Below, piece by piece: positions 32,454 through 46,713 of a stretch of DNA of 64,000 nt. Source of the stretch: Strigamia acuminata (Eukaryota); assembly GCA_949358305.1 (NCBI GenBank), contig OX442314.1, forward strand, positions 806,001 through 870,000, in the 5' to 3' direction. Numbering within the stretch: the first letter of the stretch is position 1; each line of letters starts with the position of its first letter. The notes below the pieces were generated by a model. It did no database searches. It had not been told where the DNA came from and saw only the letters and a list, made by a program, of their open reading frames with translations. Both the position numbers and the translations under genes were made by a program.

Positions 32454-33622
32454 TGTTGTTTCAAATAAACAAGTTGCTAAATGATGAAATCTACAAATTC
32501 TTCATCTCTGCTAGAAAAAAAAATTTGGTGATAGCAAACCCAACTCTCTACATTCTTGGTTATCTCTAGTGAAAACAAAATGAGAGCAATGGTACTTTAA
32601 AATGATTAAATAATAAAATGGTGAATTGAAAAAATTACAACTCATGGTGCTAGTCATTCTCAGTATGCAAGGATGTGTATTTTTGCAAATTGATTGAAAA
32701 GAAGAGAAAAAGAAGGATTTAGAATATACTTCAAATGTTTGAAGCATAAAAACAAAGATTGCACAAATTTTTGAGGATAATTTCGACGTCGTTCTAATTC
32801 ACTTTACACCACCACCACTAGAGGCGCATCGTGACTTCTTGACCTTTTGTGATGTATCGATGACGTCAACTCCATACTGCCGACATCCAAAAAACCGCCC
32901 AACTGTAGTTTTATGTATTCCAACTAATTTCTTCTGAATTCAGTCGAATCTACTGCCAAAATCAAGGCCAAAATGCACAATACTGCACTTTGTTGTCAAT
33001 ATTGACATTTATTTTGTTTACCCTAACCGTTACAACTTTTTCAACCGATTGTGTAATCTGCGCTTGCACTTTGGCCAGAGTATTATCTTATATATAGTGA
33101 ACTGTGTTGTAAATTTAGTGACAAAGCTGACAAACTTTCAAACACTTAAATCAACAGGTAAGATGTTTTCGTTACATTTGTACATTGTTTGTATATATGT
33201 ATTTGCAAAATACAAAGGTTAATTTTTGAATGGGTCCTGCTTTCTCTATTATTCCACTCTTGTTACGGGAATTATAAAATAGTCCATTTTCTAATTGACC
33301 TTTCCGCAGCAATGAGTAGAACAAAATAGGCAATAATGACTAATTTTTCTTTTTGCACAATCAAAAAAGACAGAAATAACTGACCATGGCTTGCATGTCA
33401 TAGATCAAACATGGAGCAAACTTTGCACCATTTTTTAAATTACATTAAAAATAAAACAGTTTATTTCAGCCAAGTAGGTTATTTCATCTGCACATCAAAC
33501 CCTCGCTATCGCTACTTCTAAAGCAACCGAACCAACGATATCGCTTTCGTTATCAGCTGATATTTAGGAGGGTAAAAATATTGGAATAAGCTGATAACGG
33601 ATAATTAGTGTACCCTATCAGT

Positions 33623-34615
33623 TGTAACGATCCAGAATATTCTTCGGATTCGTAGTTGCCACGACGGGACTTACACACTTAATTTCTATTTAGAATCGAA
33701 TGTTGAACTAACTCTATCTTAACTGAGGGAAATTCAATAAAGACTAATTGAATTTCTCAAAACAAACACAATCTTTTATTCTTTACGCTTAAAAGAACTT
33801 TCTAATAAAATACAGATGATAAGAAAATAATGATTAAAACTAAACACAATAGACTAAGTATTAAAATAATCAAGTACTAAAGCAAAAGAAAACTGATGTC
33901 GGCGACGATTCCAACCTGGCGTCGGCGACAAATGGCGACGTTCACGGCCCGTTCATGTCGGTAAAATCAACTCTTACTCACGTCACTCTTCAATGGAACG
34001 GAAAAATTTTGTACTTGAAGTCCTGTAGGAATTATTCCGACACAATTCGGATTTTGGTGAATCGTTGAATAATTTGGACAAATTTCCATATTCGCAGCTT
34101 CTTCTCTCAAAACTCGCATCAGATTCTTCGTGAATCCCTCGAACTTGCAACTCGCAACTCGCTCGTCGCGAAAGATATCTCGCCCAAACAATAACTGTTT
34201 GGCAAGAATAAATATCTCTCCGTGAGTTTTCCAAGATGAAATATCCTACTGTGGAATGTGCTCAACAGCAAAAAAGCTCTTGGAATAATATGGCATTTAT
34301 TGCAAGAAATGAGTTCGAATCTTCTTCCAAAAGTCACAATCTGTATAGGAAATTTCAATAGTTTCAGAGACAGATATTTTTGTGACACAGACTTGGCAAA
34401 GTAGATTTTCAAACTGAGGAGGAAAACTCCTCCCAGGACGTATTTCCTGTTAGAAAGCTTGTGGGCTGGTTACCCTGGCAACCACCCACATGTTTCTCCC
34501 ACTTGCCTAACTTCCTTGTTTTAGGCGTACAAAACATAAAACATAAAATAATAAATCTCAGCCTTATTTCTGATAAAGGGTTTTTATTCTTCTAGTGACC
34601 ACTAGGGTCACTGCA
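33623..34615 (-). mobile_element. Solo LTR (993 bp) related to the Gypsy LTRs at 46714/60694
   Basis: Minus strand starts TGCAGTGACCCTAGTGGTCACTAG, shares TGTGGGTGGTTGCCAGGGTAACCAGCCCACAAGC, ends ...TTACA; 4-bp TSD CAGT (33619-33622, 34616-34619). Confidence 0.9.
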
Positions 34616-34893
34616 CAGTCAACCCTATTTGCAAAACTTGGCATCTGTAATGTGTTTCTTGAAGGCGGATTGTAAGAATATAGTTGAATGTAGTTATTTG
34701 CGTAAGTGTGCACAAGTCCGCAAGGGCAGCGTCACAAATTAACAGAAGAACACGTGACAAGAAATTGCAGCGCGAAAGGCCCTAATCTGTGCAGTCGGTG
34801 GCATAAAAAACTGAATGAATAATGTGTATAAACTTATTTTTAATTTTTAGTTTTTTGTTTTTATAAAGGAATAATTGTCAAAATATACGCATA

Positions 34894-36203
<1,310 letters not shown>

Positions 36204-36362
36204 TAATTTTTTTCATTTTCTTTACAATTAATTTTATAAATAAACGGAATGTATTATGAGAAAAGACTCTTGCCTAGTCTAGTTAGGCAAGATATTATTA
36301 AATTTTAAAAATACATAAACAAACTATTTTTCTTTTTGTCTAAAACAAGTTACCTTTCATCT

Positions 36363-36454
36363 TCCCGTGGAAATAAATCCCGTGGAAATAAATCCCGTGG
36401 AAATAAATCCCGAGGAAATAAATCCCGTGGAAATAAATCCCGTGGAAATAAATC
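36363..36454. repeat. 15-bp tandem repeat (TCCCGTGGAAATAAA x6)
   Basis: Directly visible. Confidence 0.95.
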
Positions 36455-36627
36455 CACCAGGAGCATTTAATGTGAATATAAATTAATTTAATTTATTTAT
36501 TTTCGTTGTGCACTACTCACGCCTGGCTGTAGTGGGAAGAATTTGCACGATTGTTTCATTACAACAATGACGTTTAAAATAAACCTAAATTCGCAGAGTA
36601 TTCGCTAGGACATCCAAATTGCCAATC

Positions 36628-38658
36628 ATGAGGACCATTTTGGACTTGCCGAGTCTAAAACATATTTCGCTCGTGCAAATTTCCGTTTTGCTGTGGAAAC
36701 GTTATAATTTGGTTCCACAAATCAATAGCACGAACATGATGACACACAGTCAACACAAGAAGTGGTTAGTTACCCAAGAAGCAGTTTGTAAATTAGTGAC
36801 CCGTCTTGAAATTCCGAACGAGTTGAAAACGATGTTGAGCGAGTTGGTTCGACACGTCGGAGAGCGCGCGTGGGATTTGCTCAAGTTCTTAGTCACAAGA
36901 ATTTTCAACGGCCACAACTTCTTCAACGTCAAATGTGTGAAATGCATAATTGAGTGCACGCGATGGACACTACACGGACAATTAGACGTGAAGAAAACAA
37001 CGCGAGTTTTGTCGCAACAACTATTTTTGTCGATCGAAAACAGATTCGACTTGGCCGTCGTGTGTTGTATTGCGGACGTCATTAAGGATGATTGGAAAAA
37101 TAATGCCAAGGTTTTGATAAAAAAAAATAAATCACACTTGAAGAATGTCATGTACAAATATTGGAACGATGTAATGACGGTTAAAACGAACAGTTTTGAG
37201 CAGAAAAGCGAAATGTTTTTCCTCAGCATGAACTACAAAAACCAATGTGGCGTGCAATACTTCTGGTCGGTCATGACGCCGCGCGAGAGAAATGCCATTC
37301 TGAAGCAGCTGCTCGAAAGAGGAAGCAAATTGTCCGAATTGATCGAACACGTCGACAGTTGCATCTCGACCGACTTTTGTTTCTGCACTTTCGAGACTGG
37401 CATCATGAGTTTCTTACTCGCTGAAATAGACAATGAGCAAGAAATAAGGAGCATTTTATCGTCGCAATACGCATTGAAACCTCTCACACCTTTGCTCGCA
37501 CATTTCAGCAACGTGACCTCGTTAGCGCCTGCATCGAGCCGCATTCTGAGCGCCATCTTGTCGGGCGATGAGTTTTACGACATCCTCTGCAAGACTGTCG
37601 AATCTTCTCGCCCGAGCGTCGTTGATTGTTGGACTCGTTTCTGGAGAAATGCTCCGGTTGAAATGAAGAAATGTCATAACGAACATCAATATTCCTTCAT
37701 CTACGAAGAGTTGTGCATGGCCCAAGATTTCGACAACCTCCATTTATTGCTCGAGAATGCGGATGTTGTCAAGAGACGGCGCATTTTGTCGCGCTGTGTC
37801 GCGCAACTTCTTTTGAAGGGCGCGAGCTGTCGCTGGGATTTCCTCGAGTGGGTTGCGAAGAAATATATAACTAGCGAGGAAGAAATGTGTATTTTTAAGA
37901 TGCATTCTTCTTACTTGGCGTACAACATCTGTCACAGTTTGCTTAACTTGAACAAAAGCGACGAGCAAAGGTGGACGAAACTCGACAGATATTTTCATTT
38001 CTCTTTTTCGAATGAGGAAATGATGCGCACGGTTAAGAAATGGATTCTGTTCGAGCACTTTACTAATATTCCGAAAGGATCGCAGTTTCTCGACGAATTT
38101 CGAAATTGGCTTCCCAAAACCGACGGAATGAGCGAAATGTGCGAGGCGGTTGCGAGAAATTTAGAAGAAACGTTGGCTTTGCTGGCTTTTTATTTCCGAC
38201 AAGACATGACGACGATTGCATCGCTCAATCGCGCGAGTGTGCGAGACAGAGAGAAATTGCTCGAAATTTGCATCGCTTTTTGCAAAATCTCTCAGATTAT
38301 CGACGCTCGCGAAGCCGGCGTGGTGAATAAAAACTTTTTCGAGTTCATTACTCGGAAAAAAGTTAAAGTGGAGAACGAAATGGCCGTGTTCGGGCAATTT
38401 TGCCGTTGTTTTGCTTACAGAGTGTGCACGTTCTACGGCGGATGCACTTACCAGTCGATTATACAAGATTTTCTCAACTCTTGCTTCGTCAATTCAGACA
38501 ATTCACCCAATCTGAATTATTGTACGAGGTGTTTGCCATTTTATTACTTGATTGAAGGCCGTGCAGCTGCCGACCCAGACCGATTCGAGGGGATTTTGAC
38601 GTCGTGCGGTTATTCTTCAGAAGAAATAATTGATATAATGCTAACTTATCTGTATTAA
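36628..38658 (+). CDS. Intronless helical protein of unknown function, possible N-terminal BC/SOCS-box-like motif
   Basis: 676-aa open frame from ATG 36628 in AT-rich surroundings; LPSLKHISLVQI...LEIPNELKTML. Confidence 0.75.
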   Translation: MRTILDLPSLKHISLVQISVLLWKRYNLVPQINSTNMMTHSQHKKWLVTQEAVCKLVTRLEIPNELKTMLSELVRHVGERAWDLLKFLVTRIFNGHNFFNVKCVKCIIECTRWTLHGQLDVKKTTRVLSQQLFLSIENRFDLAVVCCIADVIKDDWKNNAKVLIKKNKSHLKNVMYKYWNDVMTVKTNSFEQKSEMFFLSMNYKNQCGVQYFWSVMTPRERNAILKQLLERGSKLSELIEHVDSCISTDFCFCTFETGIMSFLLAEIDNEQEIRSILSSQYALKPLTPLLAHFSNVTSLAPASSRILSAILSGDEFYDILCKTVESSRPSVVDCWTRFWRNAPVEMKKCHNEHQYSFIYEELCMAQDFDNLHLLLENADVVKRRRILSRCVAQLLLKGASCRWDFLEWVAKKYITSEEEMCIFKMHSSYLAYNICHSLLNLNKSDEQRWTKLDRYFHFSFSNEEMMRTVKKWILFEHFTNIPKGSQFLDEFRNWLPKTDGMSEMCEAVARNLEETLALLAFYFRQDMTTIASLNRASVRDREKLLEICIAFCKISQIIDAREAGVVNKNFFEFITRKKVKVENEMAVFGQFCRCFAYRVCTFYGGCTYQSIIQDFLNSCFVNSDNSPNLNYCTRCLPFYYLIEGRAAADPDRFEGILTSCGYSSEEIIDIMLTYLY

Positions 38659-38794
38659 AATTGTAGATTTTTGTAGATTCAACAAAATTTTCAAATTTGC
38701 TAATTTGCTCTGTATTCATTTACGGCCACTGTGATATAAAATTTAGTTAAATGACATGACCAACATTCAAAAGTTTAATTTGCATAGCCATTTC

Positions 38795-38902
38795 AAAAGA
38801 TTCCAAAAAAATCTCAAAACACTCCAAAAAATCTCAAAACATTCCAAAAAAATCTCAAAACATTCCAAAAAATCTCCAAACATTCCAAAAAAATCTCAAA
38901 AT
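38795..38902. repeat. About 21-bp tandem repeat (AAAACATTCCAAAAAAATCTC)
   Basis: About 5 imperfect copies visible. Confidence 0.85.
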
Positions 38903-40193
38903 ATTTACCGTGTATAAATATTTTTTGTCAGATTTCCTTTCAACCAGGTCGAAAATATTCCTGGTTGAATGGAATCCTGCTTACCATGAATACGTGTTAT
39001 TATTTCTGCATTTATTTATTTATTTACGCGTTGAAAGTTCTGTATTTGAAATTGCATTTTGTGTTCAACTCAAATTTCAGAAAACTTTAACTTGTTTTAA
39101 TTTGTTTCATCCACGAAAAAAAATCTGCCATTCCTGTATATTTTTCTCATTTTTCTCAACTTGCAAAAAATAAAAAAAAAAAACTGTTTTTTTTTTATAA
39201 TTTTATTTCAAATGACGTTTTGTTTTTCTTTTTAACTCAAAATTGTGCTTCAATTTGTTTCATCCACACTTGCTGTGTTTGTATATTTTTCTCGTTTCAT
39301 TTCCAATCTTTTATCACGAGTGACACAATCGAAATGGAAAATGTGAAAATTCGTTTAAAAATTCATGCCGGAGAGTATAATGCGCTAATAACCCAAAAAG
39401 ATCTTTCGGATCACTGTACAATTTTACCCTGTCCAATTAAAATTTTCCTATAATCTTTCGAATCTCAGAAAAACTTGAAAAATTTTAATTTCCGACATGT
39501 TGATTTAGATTGTGTGGTGACATCTCGCGGCGAGTATTGTAGATGAGTAATGGCGGCCAAAGGGACAGGCATGTGCGACTAGGAAGAAACGAAAGCAAGT
39601 TTGACCAAAATCAACGATAATGACGAGAAAATCCGTTTGTTTTGAATATTACCTCGCTTTGATCGTGTTTTTTAAAATAATTTTTGTGCTATTAATTTTA
39701 TTAGGCAACGACGAGAGATTTTTAATTTTGACTTTTAATTGTCGTAAGATTTTTCACTTTAAAGTGTATATTTACTTCAAAAAGCGCCGAACATCACGTC
39801 GATAACATGAGGTTTTCCCGTCGTGCCAAAACAGCCAAAAGCACAGGTAAATTTTAATTTTAAACCTCCAAAACATCCTTTTTCGTATCCCAGTAGTGTT
39901 ATGAATGCAAGTTTCTGGTTCATCTCGGAACTAACCTGGGTCGAAAACGTAATTGGTATTCACAAGTATACTGGAATCGGTATTTTCGTAGCCATCTTGT
40001 TTATAAATTATTTTAGTTGCAATGTTCGTCCAAAAGAAGCTTGTTCGCTACGCAACTCGCAAATAAGAAACAAAAAGCAAACCTGATGAAAGAAAATGAA
40101 TCCACAAATATAGAAAACAAGTTTGGTAATAAATTAATTCTTTTCGCACCGATAAAATAATAATATTATAAAAATTGTATTTTATTTTTACAG

Positions 40194-40450
40194 GCGAAGA
40201 GACGAGGAGAAGCGGGAGAAGGAGAAGTTGTTGCAGTTGCAGCAGGAAGCAGCAGGAAGAACAGCGCCAGATTGAAGAGCAGTAGTTGATCGCGCAGCAG
40301 CAGACGATGGAGGAGAAACGGCACAAGGATGAGGAGTTGTTCCGGTTGCACGAGAAGGCGTCCATGATGGTGAAACAGGAAGCGCAGATCCAGCAACAGC
40401 AGCAGATGATACTCGTGGAACAACCGATACGATTGATACACTCTCAAATG
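40194..40450 (+). pseudogene. Isolated, decayed E/Q/R-rich coiled-coil exon
   Basis: Acceptor TTTTACAG, RRDEEKREKEKLLQLQQ...EEQ*LIAQQQTMEEKRHKDEELFRLHEKA, with frameshift and stop; parent gene not identified. Confidence 0.4.
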
Positions 40451-42964
40451 GTGATAGATCAATTATTTTATTTTTTTAAAATTATTTCGACTCATTTTAA
40501 AATCTTTAAAATTTTTTTCAATTTTTTTTTTTACTTATCTCAACTTATTTTAAATTTTTTCGACTTATTTCAAACTTTTTCGATTGACTTAATTTTTTTT
40601 TTAAAATGTCTAATTTTCCAGAATTATTTTTGATTTTTAATAATTTTCCAACATAAATATTTATTCGTTTTTCTACCACGAGGTGTGCAAGGCCCAAGAT
40701 ATGGATAACTTGCACTTGTTGCTCAAAGATTTTTATACATCGACGAATTTCGCAATTGGCTCCCCCAACAGTTTGTCTTTGAAATTTTAATTCATCACTT
40801 GTTCCCAATACTCTGGTGGGAATAAGTGTTATTAACTATCTGATTCCAACCAATAGCGATGCATCTTTCGTCGCATAGCAACAGTTACGTGGTTGCGTTT
40901 CATTTCGCGCTTGAAGTCGTGCATTTTCGCTTCATTTTCGCTTCGTTTTCGGTTCGGTTCGATATTTTTCACAATGTCCATGCGTCTTTCGATCGTGTTT
41001 ACGTCCAAGTAACTGGATTAACATTGGATTTTGATGGATGGTTTGGTACGAGTTAATATCGAATTTAATTTGTTTGTTTCACGTTCCATTTTCCATTCTC
41101 CGTCTTCCATTTCTATTTTCTGTGTGTGCAAATTTCCTTTCTGATTTCTTTATTTACCTTGCTTTTCTATTTGTCAAAATTACATATTTAGTGTGTACTA
41201 CATTTGTGAATAAGATCTCGAAATTTTAGATTCCATTTTAAGCCTAATCTTAATTTAATAGAAATGTAAGTTGAAGGACAACATATACGTGGGGGTGTAA
41301 AATCCAACTCTCTACCTCCTTGTGGTCACCCCTGGGTCATGCTAAAAGAGCTCTGGTTGAAATAATGTTGGTATTTAATTGGTTATCCACTACAATAATT
41401 TCACTTAATTGTTTTCTTATCTTTTCCTTATCTAAATGTTCACTTAGAAGACCTCCATTTCTTTGGTGTGTGTTGAATTCAAAGTTGCCAAAATCCTTTC
41501 CCTTTGAATTGTGTCCAAGATGCGATGACAGTTGCTGCTGAAGTTGTTGTTGCAGTTGTTGCTTTTGGAAATTCCATTTTAAGCCTAATGCATTTGAAAT
41601 GAATATATTTGTTATGAGTGTACCATAATGGACTCGAGAAATATCTTTATTTTCTTTAGTTTGGGATTTTAAATTCAATTCTTTAGATTTTTTTTGAAAT
41701 ATTGAATTTCGTGTTGCTTCTTTCTTGTTTGATAGAGTGCAATGATCAGTTGGTCACTCTTGGATAAACTGATGACTTGACTTGTCTAATTGGAACTGGA
41801 AGAGAGCTCTGGTTGTGCAACACACCCATGCCAAATTACAACCCCAAACAAAGGGAATTTGCATGTTGATTTGAACCCACATTTCCGCACTTGTTTTCTT
41901 TCATGCACTGTTTTCTTTCATGTGCTGCCAATGGACAGGTACTTATGGTGTGTTTGCTCATTGTGCAAAACTGTTCGCAATTATGTCTGGAATGGTGACC
42001 TAAAAGTGGTAACTTGCATTATGGTATCATCAATTAATCTCACTGGACTTGATGTAACTTTCTTTTATAATGCAACTATTGCCAAGCAAATGACAGCTAG
42101 AAATTTGCAGAGCTAAGCTTAAGATTGCTCTGGTTGGCATAATGCTGGTATTGTAAGACTGCACAGAGTAACAAAAATCCTAAAAAAAAATTTTTTGCTA
42201 TTGGAAAATATAAATATGGTGGAAAGTTGTTTTCATTTCTTGTGTGTTGAGTTTGGTTAATATCCAACTTTTTAACTATTTCCACAATTTCTCCTGTTTG
42301 CTTGTGTTGGGTTGTCATAGAATAACTAGCATCTTTGCCAACTGCAATCGAGTTAAATTATTTCTTAATTTCAACTTCTTCATATTGTTTGTGATAATTT
42401 CAGCCAATGGCAGAGTTTTATGAAGTTAAAAATCTCCATGACTTCGTTCAGGGACCTGTGTCTGTGCCAATTGTAAAATCTTATAATGGTAAAAGCAATG
42501 GACAAAAAAAAACATTCTTTCAACAATTTTAATTCCTTTAAAACTTCTTGGGCGAACCTTCCAACTGTCTTTCTGTTTGTATTTATATTTCGGGTCAATA
42601 TTAATAACTTGTTCTACTATTGCTGCCAATGCTGGACTGGCCGGTGGGATACCCGTGGCTTGATATAAATTTGTTCCCTTGGCCCGACCTATCCAGATTT
42701 CCCGGTGCTAAATTTCTTCCGAGTCCAGCACTGCTCATTGCAGTTGATTTCAATTGAATTACAAACTGAACGGTCTCTGACAAACAATTCTTCCACCCGT
42801 GATAAGAACGAAGTCGGGTATCTTCATCGAATCCCGTTTTATCGAATGGCGGTTTATTCGATGAAACGTGCCATTTTTTCAAGAAATTCGATGAAAAGGT
42901 ACAAACAGAAAACCCAAAAACCAAACCTAACCAAACCTAAACCAAACCTAACCTAACCTAACCT

Positions 42965-44480
42965 GGAGCATATCCTCTCTCAACAAGCCTTTCTCAAAAC
43001 AACAGGGACACTCATGAGGTTTCCTTTGTCAATTGCTTCTGCCATCCTTATCTCCCGTTCCGCAGCCTTTTTTGCTTTATAATCTGAATGGAATTGTAAG
43101 TAATTACACAACATCATTTTTTTAATCTTAAAGTTACCCTCGATACTTTGCTTGTTTTTGTTATAATACAATTTAATGTAAAACAATTCGTTGATATCGG
43201 TTGGTATTGGGATATGGTTGTTCTTGAACTTCATTTTCTTGCATACGAATAACGATTTTGTATACAGGGTGGTGCAGAAAGTCTGGTTCACAGTAAATAA
43301 TTCCCAAACTATTCTAGATGTCGATTCAGCAAAATGATCGTTAAGGTAGTATGTCGGGGGAATTCCAATTATGACATCCAATTTGACCTCTGAGGTCATC
43401 TTCAAGGTCATCCATAATGTAACTCGAGAACCGTGACAGTTAGAGCAAAAAAGTGAATTAGAAAGTTGTAGAGCATCATCCAATTAGTCTAGAACTGTTC
43501 CTAAAAAAATTATTTCTTAGGGAAAAGTTTTGAGAAAAAAGGTCTGAAACATTGGCCTACTCAGCATTATAACTCAGCTTTGTAACTTAAAACTATTGAG
43601 GCAACCAAGCTAATCCTCAATTAGGATACTTTATTGGGTCATACTTGTAAGTGGAAGAGAGGAAATACAAAAAAAAAGGAAATAATTTATTTTGGAAATA
43701 CATTCCACATGATAGTTTTAGGTTACAAAGCTGAGTAGACTACCATTTCAAACCTTTTTTTCTCAAAACTTTTCCCTAAGAAATAATTTTTTTAAGAACA
43801 GTTCTAGACTAATTGGATGATGCTCTACAACTTTCTAATTCATTTTTTTGCTCTAACTGTCACGGTTCTCGAGTTACAATATGGATGACCTTGAAGATGA
43901 CCTCAGAGGTCAAATTGGATGTCATAATTGGATTTCCCCCGACATACTACCTTAACAAACATTTTGCTGAATCAACATATAAAACGGTTTGGAAATTATT
44001 TACTGTGAACCAGACTTTCTGCACCACCCTGTATAAATGCCGGCAGGATCTTGTTAGGAGATGTTCGTGCTGACATCTTGTTCAGCAAAATATTCCTTTG
44101 GATTTGGGAAAACAGCCAGGAATTCTTTTACAGTAAAATTGCTGCAAGAAATAAATAAAATTATGCGAAAAAAATTTATAAAAACTTTCTGTTAGATTAT
44201 ACAAATACCTTTCAACGAATTTTCTTTTTCGTGCCGCCTTTTGAGTGTCAACTAACATCAGATATGATTTGTTTTGTGTCCATTCGGAAATCTTTTCGTT
44301 CAGAACGTGGTCTTGAGAGTTTTGAACGAAACGCGCCATGTGTTCTGGGTCTGCGTCCGGGAACAACTCACTGATGAACGCTAGCCTCCCCGTTTCAGTA
44401 GAAGTGGACGCGATTGCTTTCAATTCCAACCAGCACTGCTCATTGCAGTTGAATTCAATTGAATTACAAGCGGAAAACAT
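42965..44480 (-). pseudogene. RNF216-like paralog fragment (N-terminus to start of RING1), interrupted by a MITE
   Basis: ISELFPDADPEHM...SYLML...KAARKRKFVE, next exon FTVKEFLAVFPNPKEY, and EREIRMAEAIDKGNL followed by a frameshifted ECPCCFE; cut at an AACCT repeat. Confidence 0.6.
43265..44031. mobile_element. Tc1/mariner-type MITE (767 bp) with about 290-bp terminal inverted repeats
   Basis: TA|CAGGGTGGTGCAGAAAGTCTGG ... CCAGACTTTCTGCACCACCCTG|TA; no coding capacity. Confidence 0.92.
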
Positions 44481-45699
44481 TCCCCTGAAACTACTCTGCG
44501 TCGCACAAGGAATAATAAAATTATTTATTTATTAAGAAATGAAATTGTTAATGAATTGCCGGTCGGATCCCGTTTCATCGAATCCCAAATTATTGAATTT
44601 TGTAAAAATTAGGGGTGATAAAAACCAGAATCGGCGCCTGCGCATATGCTGTAGTGATCCTGAGCTTTAATAGAAACTATAACTACCAAAACCCAAAATC
44701 TACTATTTCAGTTGCCACACCGGGTCTTACAAACTCTATCTTCTAAAATTACTTAAAACTGACTTTAATTGACTGGAATTGATTGCTTCAATCATACGAT
44801 TAAAACAAGCAATTCGGGCTAATAAATGTAACAAACTTATCTGTCTTACTATTGCTGCCAATGCTGGACTGGCTTGGCGGGATACCCGTGGCTTGATATA
44901 AATTTGTTCCCTTGGCTCGACCTATCCAGATTTCCCGGTGCTAAATTTCTTCCCAGTCCAGCACTGCTCATCGCAGTTGAATTCAGTGGCTGGTTGCGGC
45001 GGTCTCTGACGAACAATTCTTCCGCCCGTGATAAAAACCGGAATCGGCGCCTGCACATACGCTGTAGTGAGCCTGAGCTTTAATAGAAACTATAACTACC
45101 AAAACCCAAAATCTACTATTACCGTATATTTAATTACATTAAAATTATATATTATTTACTTCGAAAATGAAAAACCTGTGGCGACCAACACCACAGCTGC
45201 ACTGATGACAACATAAGCAAACAGGCCAACCAACTTCTCAAGCTCAAAAGCGATCATGTTGAACGAAATCCGACGAGGTGTTTGTCTGTGAAAAACGAGG
45301 TTTAACTTAAAACTTGACTTAAAATGTCGCTTAAACATGCTACTTGTATACACCCCCGAAACGTCGCAAAAACGTTACCGGAAAAATTAATACAAATGGG
45401 GGTATATTCAATGATTTGGTGGAAAAATAAATGTAAATCAAAATAAATGATTTAGGTGTAAAAATAAATGAAATTAGGGGGTCATTAAATACAATCCCTC
45501 TAAAAGGCGTAGGAGATTTGCCATTATTTGCTCTGATGTACTCTATGAACCATTTCGCGGGCATCGGCTTCGGCCAAGAACACGAACAACTGACTCGGGG
45601 AGGTTTGCGACAATGTTTTCGTGTTTGTTGGACAGAACGGGAATGATGTTCAGAGTTCAGATCTCGGCGCGCGCCCCCTGCAAAAAATGAAAAATATAC

Positions 45700-46128
45700 G
45701 AAGAGTATGTAAAAATGTACCTAAATTACATGAAAATGTACAAAAAAGTACGAGAATGTACGTAAATTACATGAAAATGTATACAAAAATATACGTAAAT
45801 TACATGAAAATGTACAAAAATGTACGTAAATTACATGAAAATGTACAAAAATGTACGTAAATTACATGAAAATGTACATAAATTATATAAAAATGTACCT
45901 AAATTACATGAAAATGTACAAAAAAGTACGAGAATGTACGTAAATTACATGAAAATGTACAAAAATGTACGTAAATTATATGAAAATGTACGTAAATTAT
46001 ATAAAAATGTACCTAAATTACATGAAAATGTACAAAAAAGTACGAAAATGTACGTAAATTACATGAAAATGTACAAAAATGTACGTAAATTACATGAAAA
46101 TGTACAAAAATGTACGTAAATTATATAA
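45700..46128. repeat. Minisatellite of about 21/31-bp units (AAAATGTACGTAAATTACATGAAAATGTACA)
   Basis: Directly visible. Confidence 0.93.
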
Positions 46129-46713
46129 AAGTCGGTGGCTATATCCACCCCCTTGGAGGGTAAATTAATAATTCAAGTTGTTTTCTAATTTCATTTCTTT
46201 ATTTAACTGCATTCAATTTCAGCAACTGCGACGTTTATTTGGGACAACGAGGCCGAATAGGTGTCGGAGTATTACAATTGCTGTTTAAAAGTGTCTGGCT
46301 TTTCACGTGAGTCGATGTCACAACGAACTGGAGGTCGTGGCTTTGATCGAATTTGCGCTCTACACGTTGGAGACCGGGACGGACGTGATTCCGCCAGTTT
46401 ATTATTATTATTACTCCGTATTATTTTATTTCAAGCACTCCTGGGGAGTAGTTACAATGTGGTGCTAGTTGGTAGCAGTTAATTAGTTGTTACATTGAGT
46501 GATCAACAGGAAATTTCTTAGTACTATCCAATTTATCTTAGTCATCTTAAATTAAATGTATCAACGCAATCGGATGACAGATAAAAACAAAGTTGGGAAA
46601 GTGTAATGGCTTTTTTTGCTCCTCTTTGATCTCTCTTTTGTTGTTTGTCTTGTTTTTTTCTTCACTTTTTATTGACTACATTGTGTATGTCAAAGCCAGT
46701 TATAGTTAAACTT

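Larger units (their letters stand above)
42615..45120. repeat. Local segmental duplications around the third RNF216-like fragment
   Basis: About 42615-42805 repeats at about 44847-45034; about 44617-44707 repeats at about 45029-45120; CCAGCACTGCTCATTGCAGTTGA also at about 44430. Confidence 0.75.

Noticed and set aside
42920..42964. AACCT/TTAGG repeats as a telomere or telomeric-retrotransposon site
   Set aside because: Only a few interstitial, degenerate copies and no non-LTR ORF nearby.
42980..44073. Paired ORFs MDDALQLSNS... on opposite strands
   Set aside because: Artefacts of the MITE terminal inverted repeats.
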